From Gemmatimonadales bacterium (GTDB taxonomy: Bacteria > Gemmatimonadota > Gemmatimonadetes > Gemmatimonadales > GWC2-71-9): 50,249 bases of DNA. A program made the translations under genes and the position numbers. Positions 1-11,928 of this stretch are shown here, one piece after another. Location: assembly GCA_050733035.1 (NCBI GenBank), contig JBOHSJ010000288.1:1-50249 (forward strand), written 5' to 3'. Below the pieces are notes generated by a model. That model was not told the origin of the DNA. It ran no database searches and worked only from the letters and a program-made list of their open reading frames with translations. Position 1 is the stretch's first letter; each line of letters begins with the position of its first letter.

Positions 1-55
1 GGGGGAAACGCGGTTCGGCCAGCCCCCGCCGGCCCGGATGTCCGGCGGCGGCCGC

Positions 56-65
56 GGGGGGGGGG
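56..65. repeat. G10 homopolymer tract
   Basis: Ten consecutive G read directly at 56-65. It lies in what may be the 3' end of an upstream plus-strand gene (frame 3 is open from the window start to TAA at 99-101). Confidence 0.9.
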
Positions 66-85
66 ACCGCTCGAGCGGCGGCGCT

Positions 86-134
86 CCACTCGGCCGACTA
101 AGAAAGATCCGAAATCGGATCTGACGCCGAGTGG
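86..134 (+). promoter_or_regulatory. Nested inverted repeat (compound stem-loop) upstream of the 145-984 CDS; either a terminator of the upstream gene or a 5'-leader structure
   Basis: Outer arms CCACTCGGC (86-94) and GCCGAGTGG (126-134) are exact reverse complements. Inner arms AGATCCGA (105-112) and TCGGATCT (115-122) are also exact reverse complements. The 3' outer arm abuts the GGTGAG Shine-Dalgarno-like motif at 133-138. Confidence 0.4.
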
Positions 135-144
135 TGAGCCGAAA

Positions 145-984
145 ATGGTCGCGAAGTTGCGCGATTCGTTCGTGTCATGGGCGTCGGTGTGCGGTGGTCT
201 GGCCGTGCTCGATCTGATCATGGGGGGCGGCATCAACTTCGCGCAGTGGGTCGCGATTCCGTGGGCCGGCTTCGGTCTGCTGCCGCAGTATATGAAGCTG
301 TGGCAGACCGGCTACTCCTGGCGCGACGTCCTGAACCGGCCCGCGGCGCCGGATGCGCAGCTGGCCTTGGCGGCGGGCGCACGCCGCAACTTGCCGGTAC
401 CGCAGGCCGATGAGTTCGGCCGCCACGTCGATACGGTCCGGCTCGCGCGCAACGACCGGGAAGCGATTCTCAAGATCATGGAGCGCGTGCCGGCATCGGA
501 GCGGAAGCTGCTGCCCGACGTCGTCGTCACCGTCGATGCGTTGCTGAAGCGCGCCGAAGATCTCGCGCGCATGCTGCACGGCATGAGTGCCGATGTGGAT
601 GACGGCGCGCTGCTCCGGATCGAATCGCGCATCGAGGCCGTGCAGCAGCACGAGGAGGGAACCGAGCGCGAGCGACAGCTGAGCCTGCTCGACCGGCAGC
701 GCCAGGCATTGAGTGACCTGCTGGCGAGGCGCAAACGCGTGGAAGAGCAAATCGAATCGTGCCTCCTGGCGATGCAGAACGTCCGCTTCGACCTGCTACG
801 GCTGCGGTCGGCGGGTGTGGCGGCCGTGCTCGGCGATTTGACGAATGCGACGCAGCAAGCGCGAGCCCTGTCGCGCGATGTGGATCACGCCATCGCCGCG
901 GCCGGCGAGATTCGCGATGTGCTCAGCGCGGCGCCTTCGCCGTCGGTGCAGCCACCCCGCGGCTCGAGGCACCAGTCCCCGTAG
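145..984 (+). CDS. Hypothetical protein: N-terminal hydrophobic segments followed by a long Arg/Glu/Leu-rich coiled-coil-like region
   Basis: ORF track, 279 aa, with GC-rich third codon positions. ATG at 145 is preceded by GGTGAG. The frame is open to the window start, but 95-144 has AT-rich third positions, so 145 is taken as the start. No family recognised. Confidence 0.5.
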   Translation: MVAKLRDSFVSWASVCGGLAVLDLIMGGGINFAQWVAIPWAGFGLLPQYMKLWQTGYSWRDVLNRPAAPDAQLALAAGARRNLPVPQADEFGRHVDTVRLARNDREAILKIMERVPASERKLLPDVVVTVDALLKRAEDLARMLHGMSADVDDGALLRIESRIEAVQQHEEGTERERQLSLLDRQRQALSDLLARRKRVEEQIESCLLAMQNVRFDLLRLRSAGVAAVLGDLTNATQQARALSRDVDHAIAAAGEIRDVLSAAPSPSVQPPRGSRHQSP

Positions 985-3900
985 GCGGCACTCCAGCCCA
1001 GCATTCCCGCACCAACGCAGGACCGTTGGTCCGCTCAATCGCAAAGTCGAGCAGCTCCACGAACCCCGCCGCAGCCTCGTCACAGCGCCCCGCCCGCAAC
1101 GCCGCCACCGCGGCCAGCTCGCGGTAGCGCGCCGACCCGGGACGTCGCGCCGCGGCGTAGCTGAGGACACTGTCGGCGAGCGGGGCGGGCGCGTCCAGGG
1201 CGATCTGTCCGAGTGCCTGCGTCAAGAATTCGCCGGGGTAGGGGTGGCGAAACGTGCCCTGAGCGGCACTGAGGGATCCTCGCGCCTGACTCGCCGCCTC
1301 GCTCCAACGTGAGTTCCGGGCGGCAATGAGTGACAGCGCGGCGCGGATTTGTCCGGTATCGGCGCCTGCCGACAACGCCTCCTTCAGAGCCATCAGCGCC
1401 AGCGGCCGGTTACGCGCCACGGCGAGAAGCGCCCGCATCATCAACGCGTCAGCACGTGGACCCCGCGCGAGCGCAGCGTTGAGGAGAGAATCGGCGCTTG
1501 CGGTGTCACCCATGGCCAGCCGGATGCCCGCCATCCGGACGCTCCACTCCGCCACCGTGGGTTGGGCGCGTCGGGCGGCATCGAGATACGGGAGCACGCC
1601 GGGATCGCCGCGCCGCAGCGCGAGGATGCGAAGCAGCGCGAACGGAGACGCGCCGTCGTCCCGGTTGCCGATCTGCATGAGCGAATCGAAAACCGCGTGC
1701 GCACCGATACCGGGATCGAGAAAGCGGCGCGCGGCGACAAACTCGAGACGCGGCCGGTTGTCGGTGTGATCGAACGTGGCGCGCGCGATCAAGCTGGCGA
1801 CGCCCGAATCACCGAGCAGCATCCGGCCGAAGTATTGGTCCGTCGATTCGATGCTCAGCCACTCTCGACTCAGACCGTGCAGCCGGCCGCCCGGGCCGAG
1901 CAGCTGTTCCAGCCACTGGCGGTCGTACGTGATGGGCCGGCTCGAGGCCAGCACGACGAGATCGGACGTGCTGCCGAACCAGACATGGACGTGCGGAAAG
2001 ACTTCGCGCAAGCTCCGGACGATACCGGCGACGATGGGCAGCGGGAGCTGGTACAGCTGGATCCATTGGCAGAAGATCCCATCAGGTGCGAGCCGCGACC
2101 TCGCGATGCGGAAGAACTCGGGCGTGTATAGCGTCGCGATGCCGGCCACCCACGGATTCGACGGCTCGGACACAATCACGTCATAACGCTCGCGGTCGAG
2201 CTGCAGCGCGCTGCGGGCGTCGTCCACGACCGCATGCACGTTCGCGCGAGCAAGGACCGTGTCGTTCACGCCGCGAAACAGGCTGTCCATCTCGAGCACC
2301 GCCGGCTCGATCTCCACGACCTTCACGCGGGTCATTCCCGGCACCGCCGCGAGGACACGAGTCGTGACGCCGGTGCCCTGGCCGATCAGGAAGGCCGAGG
2401 TCGCGGCGGGATGCGCGACGAGGGGGGCGAGGCCGATCATGATCTGCGTGTCCATGTCGCCCCGGTCGGACGCGTCCACCTTGCCGTTCACGCGCAGCGA
2501 CCGGCCGGTTTCGCCTTCCCAGACGCTGACCGTGGCATTGGGCCCCTCTCGAAACGCGAGCTGGCGCACGCCGCGGTGCTCGAGAAACCGCTGCCGCGCG
2601 GACTTATCCATCCGTTGCCGCGCGTAGATGGTGGGGCCGAGATCGATGAGACGGGTGCTCCAGCCCGGCGCCGCGATCGCCGCCAACACGGTCAGCATTC
2701 CCAGCCCACCGGCCGTCAGCACGCGAACCCGCAGGCGCCGATCCTCTACCGAGCCCTCGGCGACGCCACGGGCCGCCATCAAGGCGAGTGCGAGCGCCGC
2801 GACGCCGCTGATGACCAGCCCCACGCGCAACGTGGTTTGCGTACCCAGCGCGACGACGAACACGAAGCCGGTCAGCACCGCGCCCAGGATGCTGCCGGCG
2901 GTGTTGAGCGCATACGCCGCCCCGACGTCGGCGCCGCGCGCGCGCCCGCTGCGGGCTGTGAGATCGGCGAGCAACGGGAACGTCATCCCCATTCCGATCG
3001 CCGGAATGAGCACGACAGCGCCGACGGCGACGCCCATGAGCACCAGCCGCGACGCGGCACTGAGATCGCCGATCTGAAATACGGCGATGATGTAGATCGG
3101 CAAAAATCCGAAGAACAGGAACAGCGCGGCGGCACCAACGCCGGCGATGCCCTGCGCGAGTGCCGCACTCGCGGCGGTATCGGCCCGCGGCGTGCTGCGC
3201 CGAGCCACGATCACGCTGCCAAGCCCGATCCCGAGCAGAAACACCAGCAGGATCAGCGTGAATGCATACGTGGATCCGCCCACGATCATCACGAGCACGC
3301 GGGTCCACGCGATCTCATTGAGCAGAGAAGCGAACGCAGTGAGGCCGAGCAAAACCAGGGCGACTGTGTGTAGGCGATCTCGGGGCTCGGGATTGGGGGT
3401 TGGGGATTGGGGAACTTCCACGGCAAGTGGCTCACGACCAAGCCGAATCGCGGCGATTCCAATCGCGATATTCACCAGCGCCGTGGTCCACAGGGACGCG
3501 CGCACGCCCACGAACTCGATCAGGAAGAAGCCGGCGAGCGCGGTCCCCGTCATCGCCCCCAGCGTGTTGAGACCGTACAGGCGGCCCAGCGACGGCTTGA
3601 GCAAGCCGCGGTCCTCTCCCATCAACGCCCTGGTCAGCACGGGCAGTGTCCCACCCATGAGCGTCGTCGGAATCAGCAGGACCAGTGCGGCCAGTCCGAA
3701 CCGCAGCGCGACGCTGGCGCCTCCATCGAGCGCGAGCGCGCCGGCCGTGCCGATGTAGATCCGATGCGCCAGCCCGAGCACGAGCGGCGAGATGATGCCG
3801 AAAACACCGATGGCGATCTCGAGCCAGCCGTACAATGCCGCGGGCCTCCGCGATCGGTCGGCGAAGCGCCCCAACACCCAGGCGCCGAGTCCCAACCCCC

Positions 3901-4046
3901 CCATGTAGGCAGCGACGACCGTCGTGACCGATTGAATGGTCGAGCCGAACGACTGATAGAGGACGCGGACCCACAGCAGCTCGTAGATGAGCCCGGTGGC
4001 GCCCGAAAGAAAGAAGAGGAAGCTGTAAACGAGTGCCGGGGGGAGC

Positions 4047-4066
<20 letters not shown>
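923..4066 (-). CDS. Fused multi-TM membrane domain, spermidine-synthase-like (class I methyltransferase fold) domain and C-terminal TPR-like helical repeats
   Basis: 1047 aa. The N-terminus [19 protein letters not shown] plus many hydrophobic helices is typical of fused MFS/spermidine-synthase proteins. The central region has GQGTGVTT...VKVVEIEP...[11 protein letters not shown]. The tail is Ala/Leu-rich and repeat-like. The ORF-track start is GTG at 4066; ATG at 4057 is an alternative. Confidence 0.85.
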
Positions 4067-6191
<2,125 letters not shown>

Positions 6192-6235
6192 GTGTCGCTA
6201 AAAATAGCTCACCCGGCCTCGGTCTTCACCCCCTG

Positions 6236-7816
6236 TTATGGCTTCGTGTTGGGTGCAGCCAAGAGCTCGCGCAGGCGGGGGAACTGTTCGACCGCGACGC
6301 GAATCGTCCGGTCGTTGCGCAAAATGAACTCCTCGCGCGCATCCGGGCCCCAGCGCACCTCCGCCGCTCTGGCGGCGAGAATGCGCGCCAGGCGCTGGTC
6401 GAGCAGGGTGTCGGTCGCGGCGGCAACGCCGAGCCGGGCGCGTACGCGCGACAGGAAGGGGGGAAGGAGCTTCGCCCGCCATTCGGTTTCCGCCGTGAGC
6501 CAGGCGGTACGGCCGCCCGGTGTTACGGGCAACGTTTGCGCGACGCTGTCGGAGACGGCGTCATCGAACCCGGAATCGGCGGCGGCGCTCCACCACACCG
6601 GCAACGGCGCCGTAATGGGCACGACGATGTCCGGAGCAATGCCGCCCCCGCCGCGCACGCGCCGGCCGCCGTCGGTCTTGTAGACCTGCATCGTGTCCGC
6701 CGCGGCGCCCGATCTTCCCGCGAAGCTCAGGTACTGCTCGTATCCGATGCCGTGATAGCGCCGCTGAATCACGCGGCCGCTCGGAGTGATCACGCGTCCG
6801 ATCGTCAGCCACACGATGTCCCCGGACGGCAGGAAAAAGGGCGCCTGCATGAGGGCTTTGCCAAAGCTGCGCCGCCCGACGAGCAGCGCGCGATCATGAT
6901 CCTGCAACGAGCTGGCGAGGGCTTCGGAGGCGCTGGCGCTGCGTTCGTCGATCAAGACGATGAGCGGAACGACGCGAAAGTCACCATCGCGTTTGGTGAC
7001 GTAGGTCGTGTCCGCCGCGCGTTTCCGGCCGCGCGTGCTGAAAACTTGCGTGTTCTTGGGAAAGAACTCGCTCGCCACCTCGACCGCCGAGACGACGCCC
7101 CCACCCGGGTTGCCGCGCAAATCGAGGATGACATTTTGCGCGCGCAGGCCGCTGAGCTTCTTCAAGCCCTTGTGCACTTCGTCGGCGTCCCCCAGAAAAT
7201 CTTCGAGCCGCAGATATCCGGTCGTGGCGTCGATCATTCGTACGGCCGATACTGAAGGCGCGTCGAACGGACTACGCTTGAGCGTCACGCTGAAGGTATC
7301 GGGCTCGAACCGCGGTCCGCGCTCCATGCCGAGCCGGACCTTCGACCCTTTCTCACCGGCCAGACGCAGCGCGAGCGTGGCCATGTCGATTCCGGCCACC
7401 GACGTGTCGTTGAGTGTGACGATCCGGTCGCCGGGGAACACGCCGCTCTTCGCCGCCGGACTGCGGGGAGCCACCGAGAGGACCGTGGCGGCGCCCTCTA
7501 CCTCTTCCAGCGAAATGCCCACCGATACCAATTCGCCACGATCCAACGCCGTGCGCCGGAGCGCCTCCGTGCGCGACACGTAGTAGCTGTGCGGGTCGAG
7601 CGCGCGCAGGACGCCGCGAATCGCGGCGCCCACAAGCTCGGAGTAGCTCAGCGAGTCGGGGTAGTTGAGCCGAATGTGGTTGAGAACGCCCGAGAACGTC
7701 TGTAGCTCTTCATAGGCGCTGCGCTGCGTCTGCGCCTCCGCCAACCGCGGCGCGCCGAGTGCCAGCGCCGCCGGGAGAGCGGCGCTAACGCAGAGCAGCC
7801 AACCGTTGCTTCGCAT
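6236..7816 (-). CDS. S41 family C-terminal processing (tail-specific) peptidase with PDZ domain, secreted
   Basis: Motifs DLRGNPGGG, VLIDERSASASE and GRRSFGKA, plus a PDZ-like GDRIVTLND. The start is set at ATG 7816, giving the signal peptide MRSNGWLLCVSAALPAALALGAPRLAEA. The ORF-track start at 7876 would run deeper into the upstream gene. Confidence 0.85.
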   Translation of the reverse strand: MRSNGWLLCVSAALPAALALGAPRLAEAQTQRSAYEELQTFSGVLNHIRLNYPDSLSYSELVGAAIRGVLRALDPHSYYVSRTEALRRTALDRGELVSVGISLEEVEGAATVLSVAPRSPAAKSGVFPGDRIVTLNDTSVAGIDMATLALRLAGEKGSKVRLGMERGPRFEPDTFSVTLKRSPFDAPSVSAVRMIDATTGYLRLEDFLGDADEVHKGLKKLSGLRAQNVILDLRGNPGGGVVSAVEVASEFFPKNTQVFSTRGRKRAADTTYVTKRDGDFRVVPLIVLIDERSASASEALASSLQDHDRALLVGRRSFGKALMQAPFFLPSGDIVWLTIGRVITPSGRVIQRRYHGIGYEQYLSFAGRSGAAADTMQVYKTDGGRRVRGGGGIAPDIVVPITAPLPVWWSAAADSGFDDAVSDSVAQTLPVTPGGRTAWLTAETEWRAKLLPPFLSRVRARLGVAAATDTLLDQRLARILAARAAEVRWGPDAREEFILRNDRTIRVAVEQFPRLRELLAAPNTKP

Positions 7817-8963
7817 TCTCGATCTGGCGGGCGTAGCGGCTGGGAGCGAGCTCGATGAAGCGATTGAATGACGCACGCGCCTCCTCCTTCTTGTTCAGCT
7901 GCTGCTGCACGACGCCGAGGTAGTAGCTGACGCGCGAATCGCGCGGGTTCGCCTCCGCCGCCTGCAGGAGCGTGGTTTCGGCGCCCGCCCAATCACCGGA
8001 GCTGGCGAGGGCCTTGCCGAGGTCCAGGAGCAGGCTGGGATCGTCCGGGTTGGCGTTCACCGCGGCGCGGCGCTCCTTGACCGCTGCCGGCCAGCTCTGG
8101 TTGGATTCGGCAATGCCGGCCAGCCGCGCATTGGCCATGTAGAGTCCGATGTCATTCTCCAGCGCCTGGCGATAGTACCGCACGGCCTCCTCGAGCCTCC
8201 CAGCGCGCTGGTGCAGGACCGCGAGCATGTAGCGATACTGGTTGGTCTCGATCGGGATGTAGTAGAGCAGTGAATCAGGATGCTGTGCCTTCTCTGAACG
8301 ATTGAGGAGCAATCCGAAGTCCCGGATGGCGTCATCCCAGCGCTCGATATGCGCCGCCGCGAGGCCGCGGAAGTAGTAGACGAAGTCCGGAAGTCCCTCG
8401 CGCTCCACCTGTACCAGCCTGTCTTCGATGAGCCGGTTGAAGCGACTGTATGCCGCTTCGTACTTGCCGCTCTGGATGTCGTCGAAGCCGCCGAACACAT
8501 AGTCGTAGAAATCGGCGAGCTCTTCCGATGCCGTCCAATAGATCGACTTGGCTGGCCGGGCGGCGGCTTCGATCCGCAGGTCCACCAGCGGGTTGATGAT
8601 GAAGGCCCGCTGGTAGTAGCGGTACGCCTCCTCGACCCGGGGCCGGTCTTCTTCCTGTACCCGCCGCGCCGCGATGTCCTCCCACAACTTCAGCCGTTTG
8701 CCGTACGGGAGACGACTGAGTGCGAGCCAGCCTTCCGCGAACTGTGGCTCGATGGTGACAGCGAGCCGCAATTCCCGCTCGACGTCGTCCCAGCGCTTCG
8801 CATTCCAGTAGCCGAGCGCGAGGTTATAGTGCGCGGCGGCGTCGTTGGAATCGCGTTGCGCGGCCTTCTCGAGGTCCGCGAGTTTAGCCGGGAGTCGAAA
8901 TTGGCCGGCTGCGGCAGTGGACACGCATACGGTCACGACTGAGATCAGTATCCAACGCAGCAC
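7785..8963 (-). CDS. Secreted TPR-repeat protein (paralog 1 of 3)
   Basis: 392 aa with GTG start, preceded by AGAGGA. Signal peptide MLRWILISVVTVCVSTAAAGQ. TPR-like AHYNLALGYW...; shared blocks with 8976-10127 and 10690-11874. Confidence 0.8.
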   Translation of the reverse strand: MLRWILISVVTVCVSTAAAGQFRLPAKLADLEKAAQRDSNDAAAHYNLALGYWNAKRWDDVERELRLAVTIEPQFAEGWLALSRLPYGKRLKLWEDIAARRVQEEDRPRVEEAYRYYQRAFIINPLVDLRIEAAARPAKSIYWTASEELADFYDYVFGGFDDIQSGKYEAAYSRFNRLIEDRLVQVEREGLPDFVYYFRGLAAAHIERWDDAIRDFGLLLNRSEKAQHPDSLLYYIPIETNQYRYMLAVLHQRAGRLEEAVRYYRQALENDIGLYMANARLAGIAESNQSWPAAVKERRAAVNANPDDPSLLLDLGKALASSGDWAGAETTLLQAAEANPRDSRVSYYLGVVQQQLNKKEEARASFNRFIELAPSRYARQIENAKQRLAALR

Positions 8964-8975
8964 GTGAGTCCTCTG

Positions 8976-10127
8976 TTACGGCTCCGCGAGCCGACGTTTG
9001 GCGTCGTCGATGAGCGATTGATAACGGTTTGGTGCAAGCACAATGAATTGTTCGAACAACGGTCTGGCTTCCGCCTTGCGGTGCAGGTCACTATACACCA
9101 GTCCGAGCGTGTAATACGCCCGCGTTTCTCGAGGGTTCGCGAGTATTGCGCGACGCAGTACGTCTACTGCGTCGGCCAGCCGGCCTGCCCGGATCAGCGT
9201 CACACCGTGATCAAACAAGAGGCTCGGATCCTCCGGATTCGTCGCAACCGCGCGTTCTCGTTCCAGTACAGCAGCGTCCCAGTCGCGACGCTGCTCATGA
9301 ATTTCCGCCAGTCTGATGTGGGCCGTATAGAGACCGATATTCGTCTCGAGCAGTTCTTGATAGAGGCGGATCGCTTCATCCAACCGCCCGGCCTGCTGAT
9401 GCAGAAACGCAATGAAGAACCGGTACCCGTCTGGGTCGTTCGCAGCACGCTCGAAGCGCAGATCCAAGCTGTCGCGGTGTTTCGCCCGCTCGAGTAAGCG
9501 GGTGGCGTCCGCAATTGCTCCGTCCCACTGGGAGAGTTGGGCGGCACAAAGAGCGCGATACCAAAGGAACGCCGCCGCGACGGAGTCGGATTTTCCTTCA
9601 CTGCGCCCGATGAGATCGGTCAAGCGATCGTAAGCTTGCTGATAGTAGCCTCGGCGGAACTCCGCCAAGGCCTGCGCGGTACCGTTCGCCCATTTCAGCG
9701 GAGTCTCCGAGCGGTGCGGCCGCCCCAGGTCGAGCATCGGATTGAGGAAGAAGGCAATGCGCCGGAGCCGGTAAGATTCCCGCGCAAGGCTGTCGTTCCC
9801 GAATACCGTCACGAGCACTGGAGCGCCGCGCCAATGGACGAGCGCGGAGCGCACAGTGCGTTTCCTTGGGATAGCAGCGAGATAGAAATAGCCCGGCGCA
9901 AACTGAGGATCGAGCGTGATCGCTTGATGGAGCGCCGCCTCCGCCTCCGCGTAGTTCTTTTTGGACAGCTGGGCGATCGCGAGGCGATAATGCGCGAGCG
10001 GATCGTTGGAGTCCGCGCTGGCACTGGCGGTTAGGCTCCTGATGTCGGCAGGAGCACTCTGCTGCGCATTTCCCGCTACACCGGCAGCCAACAGCGGCAG
10101 CGCGATGCAGAAGACCTTACTCGCCAT
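8976..10127 (-). CDS. Secreted TPR-repeat protein (paralog 2 of 3)
   Basis: The start is trimmed to ATG 10127 (MASKVFCIALPLLAAGVAGNAQQ signal peptide). The longer ORF-track start at 10289 would overlap the divergent flavin reductase gene. Confidence 0.8.
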   Translation of the reverse strand: MASKVFCIALPLLAAGVAGNAQQSAPADIRSLTASASADSNDPLAHYRLAIAQLSKKNYAEAEAALHQAITLDPQFAPGYFYLAAIPRKRTVRSALVHWRGAPVLVTVFGNDSLARESYRLRRIAFFLNPMLDLGRPHRSETPLKWANGTAQALAEFRRGYYQQAYDRLTDLIGRSEGKSDSVAAAFLWYRALCAAQLSQWDGAIADATRLLERAKHRDSLDLRFERAANDPDGYRFFIAFLHQQAGRLDEAIRLYQELLETNIGLYTAHIRLAEIHEQRRDWDAAVLERERAVATNPEDPSLLFDHGVTLIRAGRLADAVDVLRRAILANPRETRAYYTLGLVYSDLHRKAEARPLFEQFIVLAPNRYQSLIDDAKRRLAEP

Positions 10128-10202
10128 TCGAGACTCCGAGGCGGGACGGCGGCAATATATTTTCCCCCCAACGACGCGGTTGTTCCTTAACGAAAGCGTG
10201 TT

Positions 10203-10682
10203 ATGGACGAGGCATCCAAAAAGGCCATTCTCCGCCACTTTCCCTACGGCCTGTACGTCATCACCGTCGCCCACGACGGCGAAGACCACGGCATGACCGC
10301 CAATTGGCTCACGCAGGCCGCGTTCGATCCGCCGATGGCGGTGGTGGCGATCGAAAACACGTCGAAGACGATCGGCATGATCCGCGATTCACATCACTTC
10401 GCGATCAATCTCCTGCTGACCGGCCAGCGCGACCTCGCGGCGAAACTGGGGCGCAGCTCGGAGCAGGCGCCGCACAAGCTCAAAGGCATCAAGACCAAAC
10501 CGGCCCCCGCGTCCGGCACGCCCGTGCTCGTCGAGGCGCTCGGCTGGGTCGAATGCCGGGTCGTCGCCACACTGCCCGCCGGCGACCACACGTTGGTGCT
10601 GGGCGAGATCGTCGGCGCGGGCGTCGAGCACGACGGCGAGCCGCTCACGCTGCAAGAAGCCGGATTCAAGTACTCGGGCTGA
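10203..10682 (+). CDS. Flavin reductase-like FMN-binding domain protein
   Basis: 159 aa. FPYGLYVITV...GMTANWLTQAAFDPPMAVVAI is characteristic of the flavin reductase (split-barrel) family. Confidence 0.8.
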   Translation: MDEASKKAILRHFPYGLYVITVAHDGEDHGMTANWLTQAAFDPPMAVVAIENTSKTIGMIRDSHHFAINLLLTGQRDLAAKLGRSSEQAPHKLKGIKTKPAPASGTPVLVEALGWVECRVVATLPAGDHTLVLGEIVGAGVEHDGEPLTLQEAGFKYSG

Positions 10683-10689
10683 TCGCCGT

Positions 10690-11874
10690 TCACTTCAGCT
10701 TGTCCCTACGCAGTTGGGCATCCGCGCGGAGGTCCGACCGCAGCGGGGCGAGCGCCAAGAACCGCGCATAATGATCGCGCGCTTCCTCCGGCAGGCCGAG
10801 CTCCTCGGTGACGCGGCCAAGCAGGTAGTACGACGGGGAAAAGCGCGCATTCAGCTTGATCGCGCTCCGCAGTGCATCGTCGGCTTCGATCAGCTGGCCG
10901 GCGTTGAATTGAGACGCCGCCAAATCGAACAGCGCCGTGGGATCGTCGGTGTTGACCTCGGCGGCGCGCTGGCGCTCGAGCATCGCGTCCGCGGATCGGC
11001 CCGCCCCTTCGTGAATGTTCGCCAGATAGGTATGCGCCATGACCAGACCCAGGTCGTGCTCGAGCGACTGCTGATACAACGCCACGGCACTGTCGGTGTG
11101 GCCCGCGAGGTGGTGCAGAGATGCGAGCATGAAACGGTATTCGTTGTCGCGCAACGGAACGTGGACGATCTCGTCGCGCTGTGACTTCTTGACGGTGCGG
11201 TCGAGCAGGGTCCGAAAGTCCGCGATCGCGGCGCCGTACTGGAGGCTGTGCGCGGCCGCGAGCCCGCGATACCAGAGGATGTAGTCGGGGACGTCCTCGG
11301 GATGTTTGACCTCATTGAATTCGCGCTGCGCGAGCTTCTTCAGGCGGTCATGGGCCAGGCGATACCGGCCCAGACCGAGATCCACGAACCAGGCGTAGTA
11401 CCGGTTGTAGATCACCCAGGCGGTCGTCGAGTAGTCGCGGACGCGGGGCTCCTCGATCTCGAACGCGATGCCCATGATTTGGAGGTTGACCATGGGATCC
11501 GTGCGAAAGGCGCGTTGGTAGAACCCCCGCGCTTCCTCGACTGCGGGACGCCAGGCCGAGGGCACGCGGCCGCGATCCTCCTCCTCGGCAAGCGAGGTGC
11601 GGCGGGCGTACGGGAGATAGTAGAGGGCGAGGTAGGCGTCGGCATAACGCGGCTCCAGCTGAACTGCCAGCCGCAGCAGGCTGTCCGTCTGCCGCCAGTG
11701 GTGCTCTTTCCAATGCCGGAGGGCGAGGAAGTACTGCCGTTGCGCGTCGTTCGTGTCCTCGCGCGCCCAGACTTCCACCTCCTGGAGCTTTCGTTCCAGC
11801 ACCGCGAGTTGCTGGCCGTGTGCGCGACTGACCACGGCGAAGAGGGCGACTACGATGAAGGACGTCCGTCGCAT
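10690..11874 (-). CDS. Secreted TPR-repeat protein (paralog 3 of 3)
   Basis: 394 aa. Signal peptide MRRTSFIVVALFAVVSRAHGQ. Same block order as the other two paralogs (YRGLAAAH...AIADF..LL.R; GL.MAH..LA.I.E; RF.ALAP). Confidence 0.8.
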   Translation of the reverse strand: MRRTSFIVVALFAVVSRAHGQQLAVLERKLQEVEVWAREDTNDAQRQYFLALRHWKEHHWRQTDSLLRLAVQLEPRYADAYLALYYLPYARRTSLAEEEDRGRVPSAWRPAVEEARGFYQRAFRTDPMVNLQIMGIAFEIEEPRVRDYSTTAWVIYNRYYAWFVDLGLGRYRLAHDRLKKLAQREFNEVKHPEDVPDYILWYRGLAAAHSLQYGAAIADFRTLLDRTVKKSQRDEIVHVPLRDNEYRFMLASLHHLAGHTDSAVALYQQSLEHDLGLVMAHTYLANIHEGAGRSADAMLERQRAAEVNTDDPTALFDLAASQFNAGQLIEADDALRSAIKLNARFSPSYYLLGRVTEELGLPEEARDHYARFLALAPLRSDLRADAQLRRDKLK

Positions 11875-11928
11875 TTTGCCAAATATACGGCGGCTATCCG
11901 CGCACGGCGCGCGGGGCCGCCCTAAAAG

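Noticed and set aside
1-144. Extension of the 145-984 ORF to the window start (same frame, no stop).
   Set aside because: Codons in 95-144 have AT-rich third positions, unlike the coding sequence here. The segment contains the nested palindrome and an SD-like motif just before ATG 145. A different frame (ending at TAA 99-101) looks more coding-like for 1-101.
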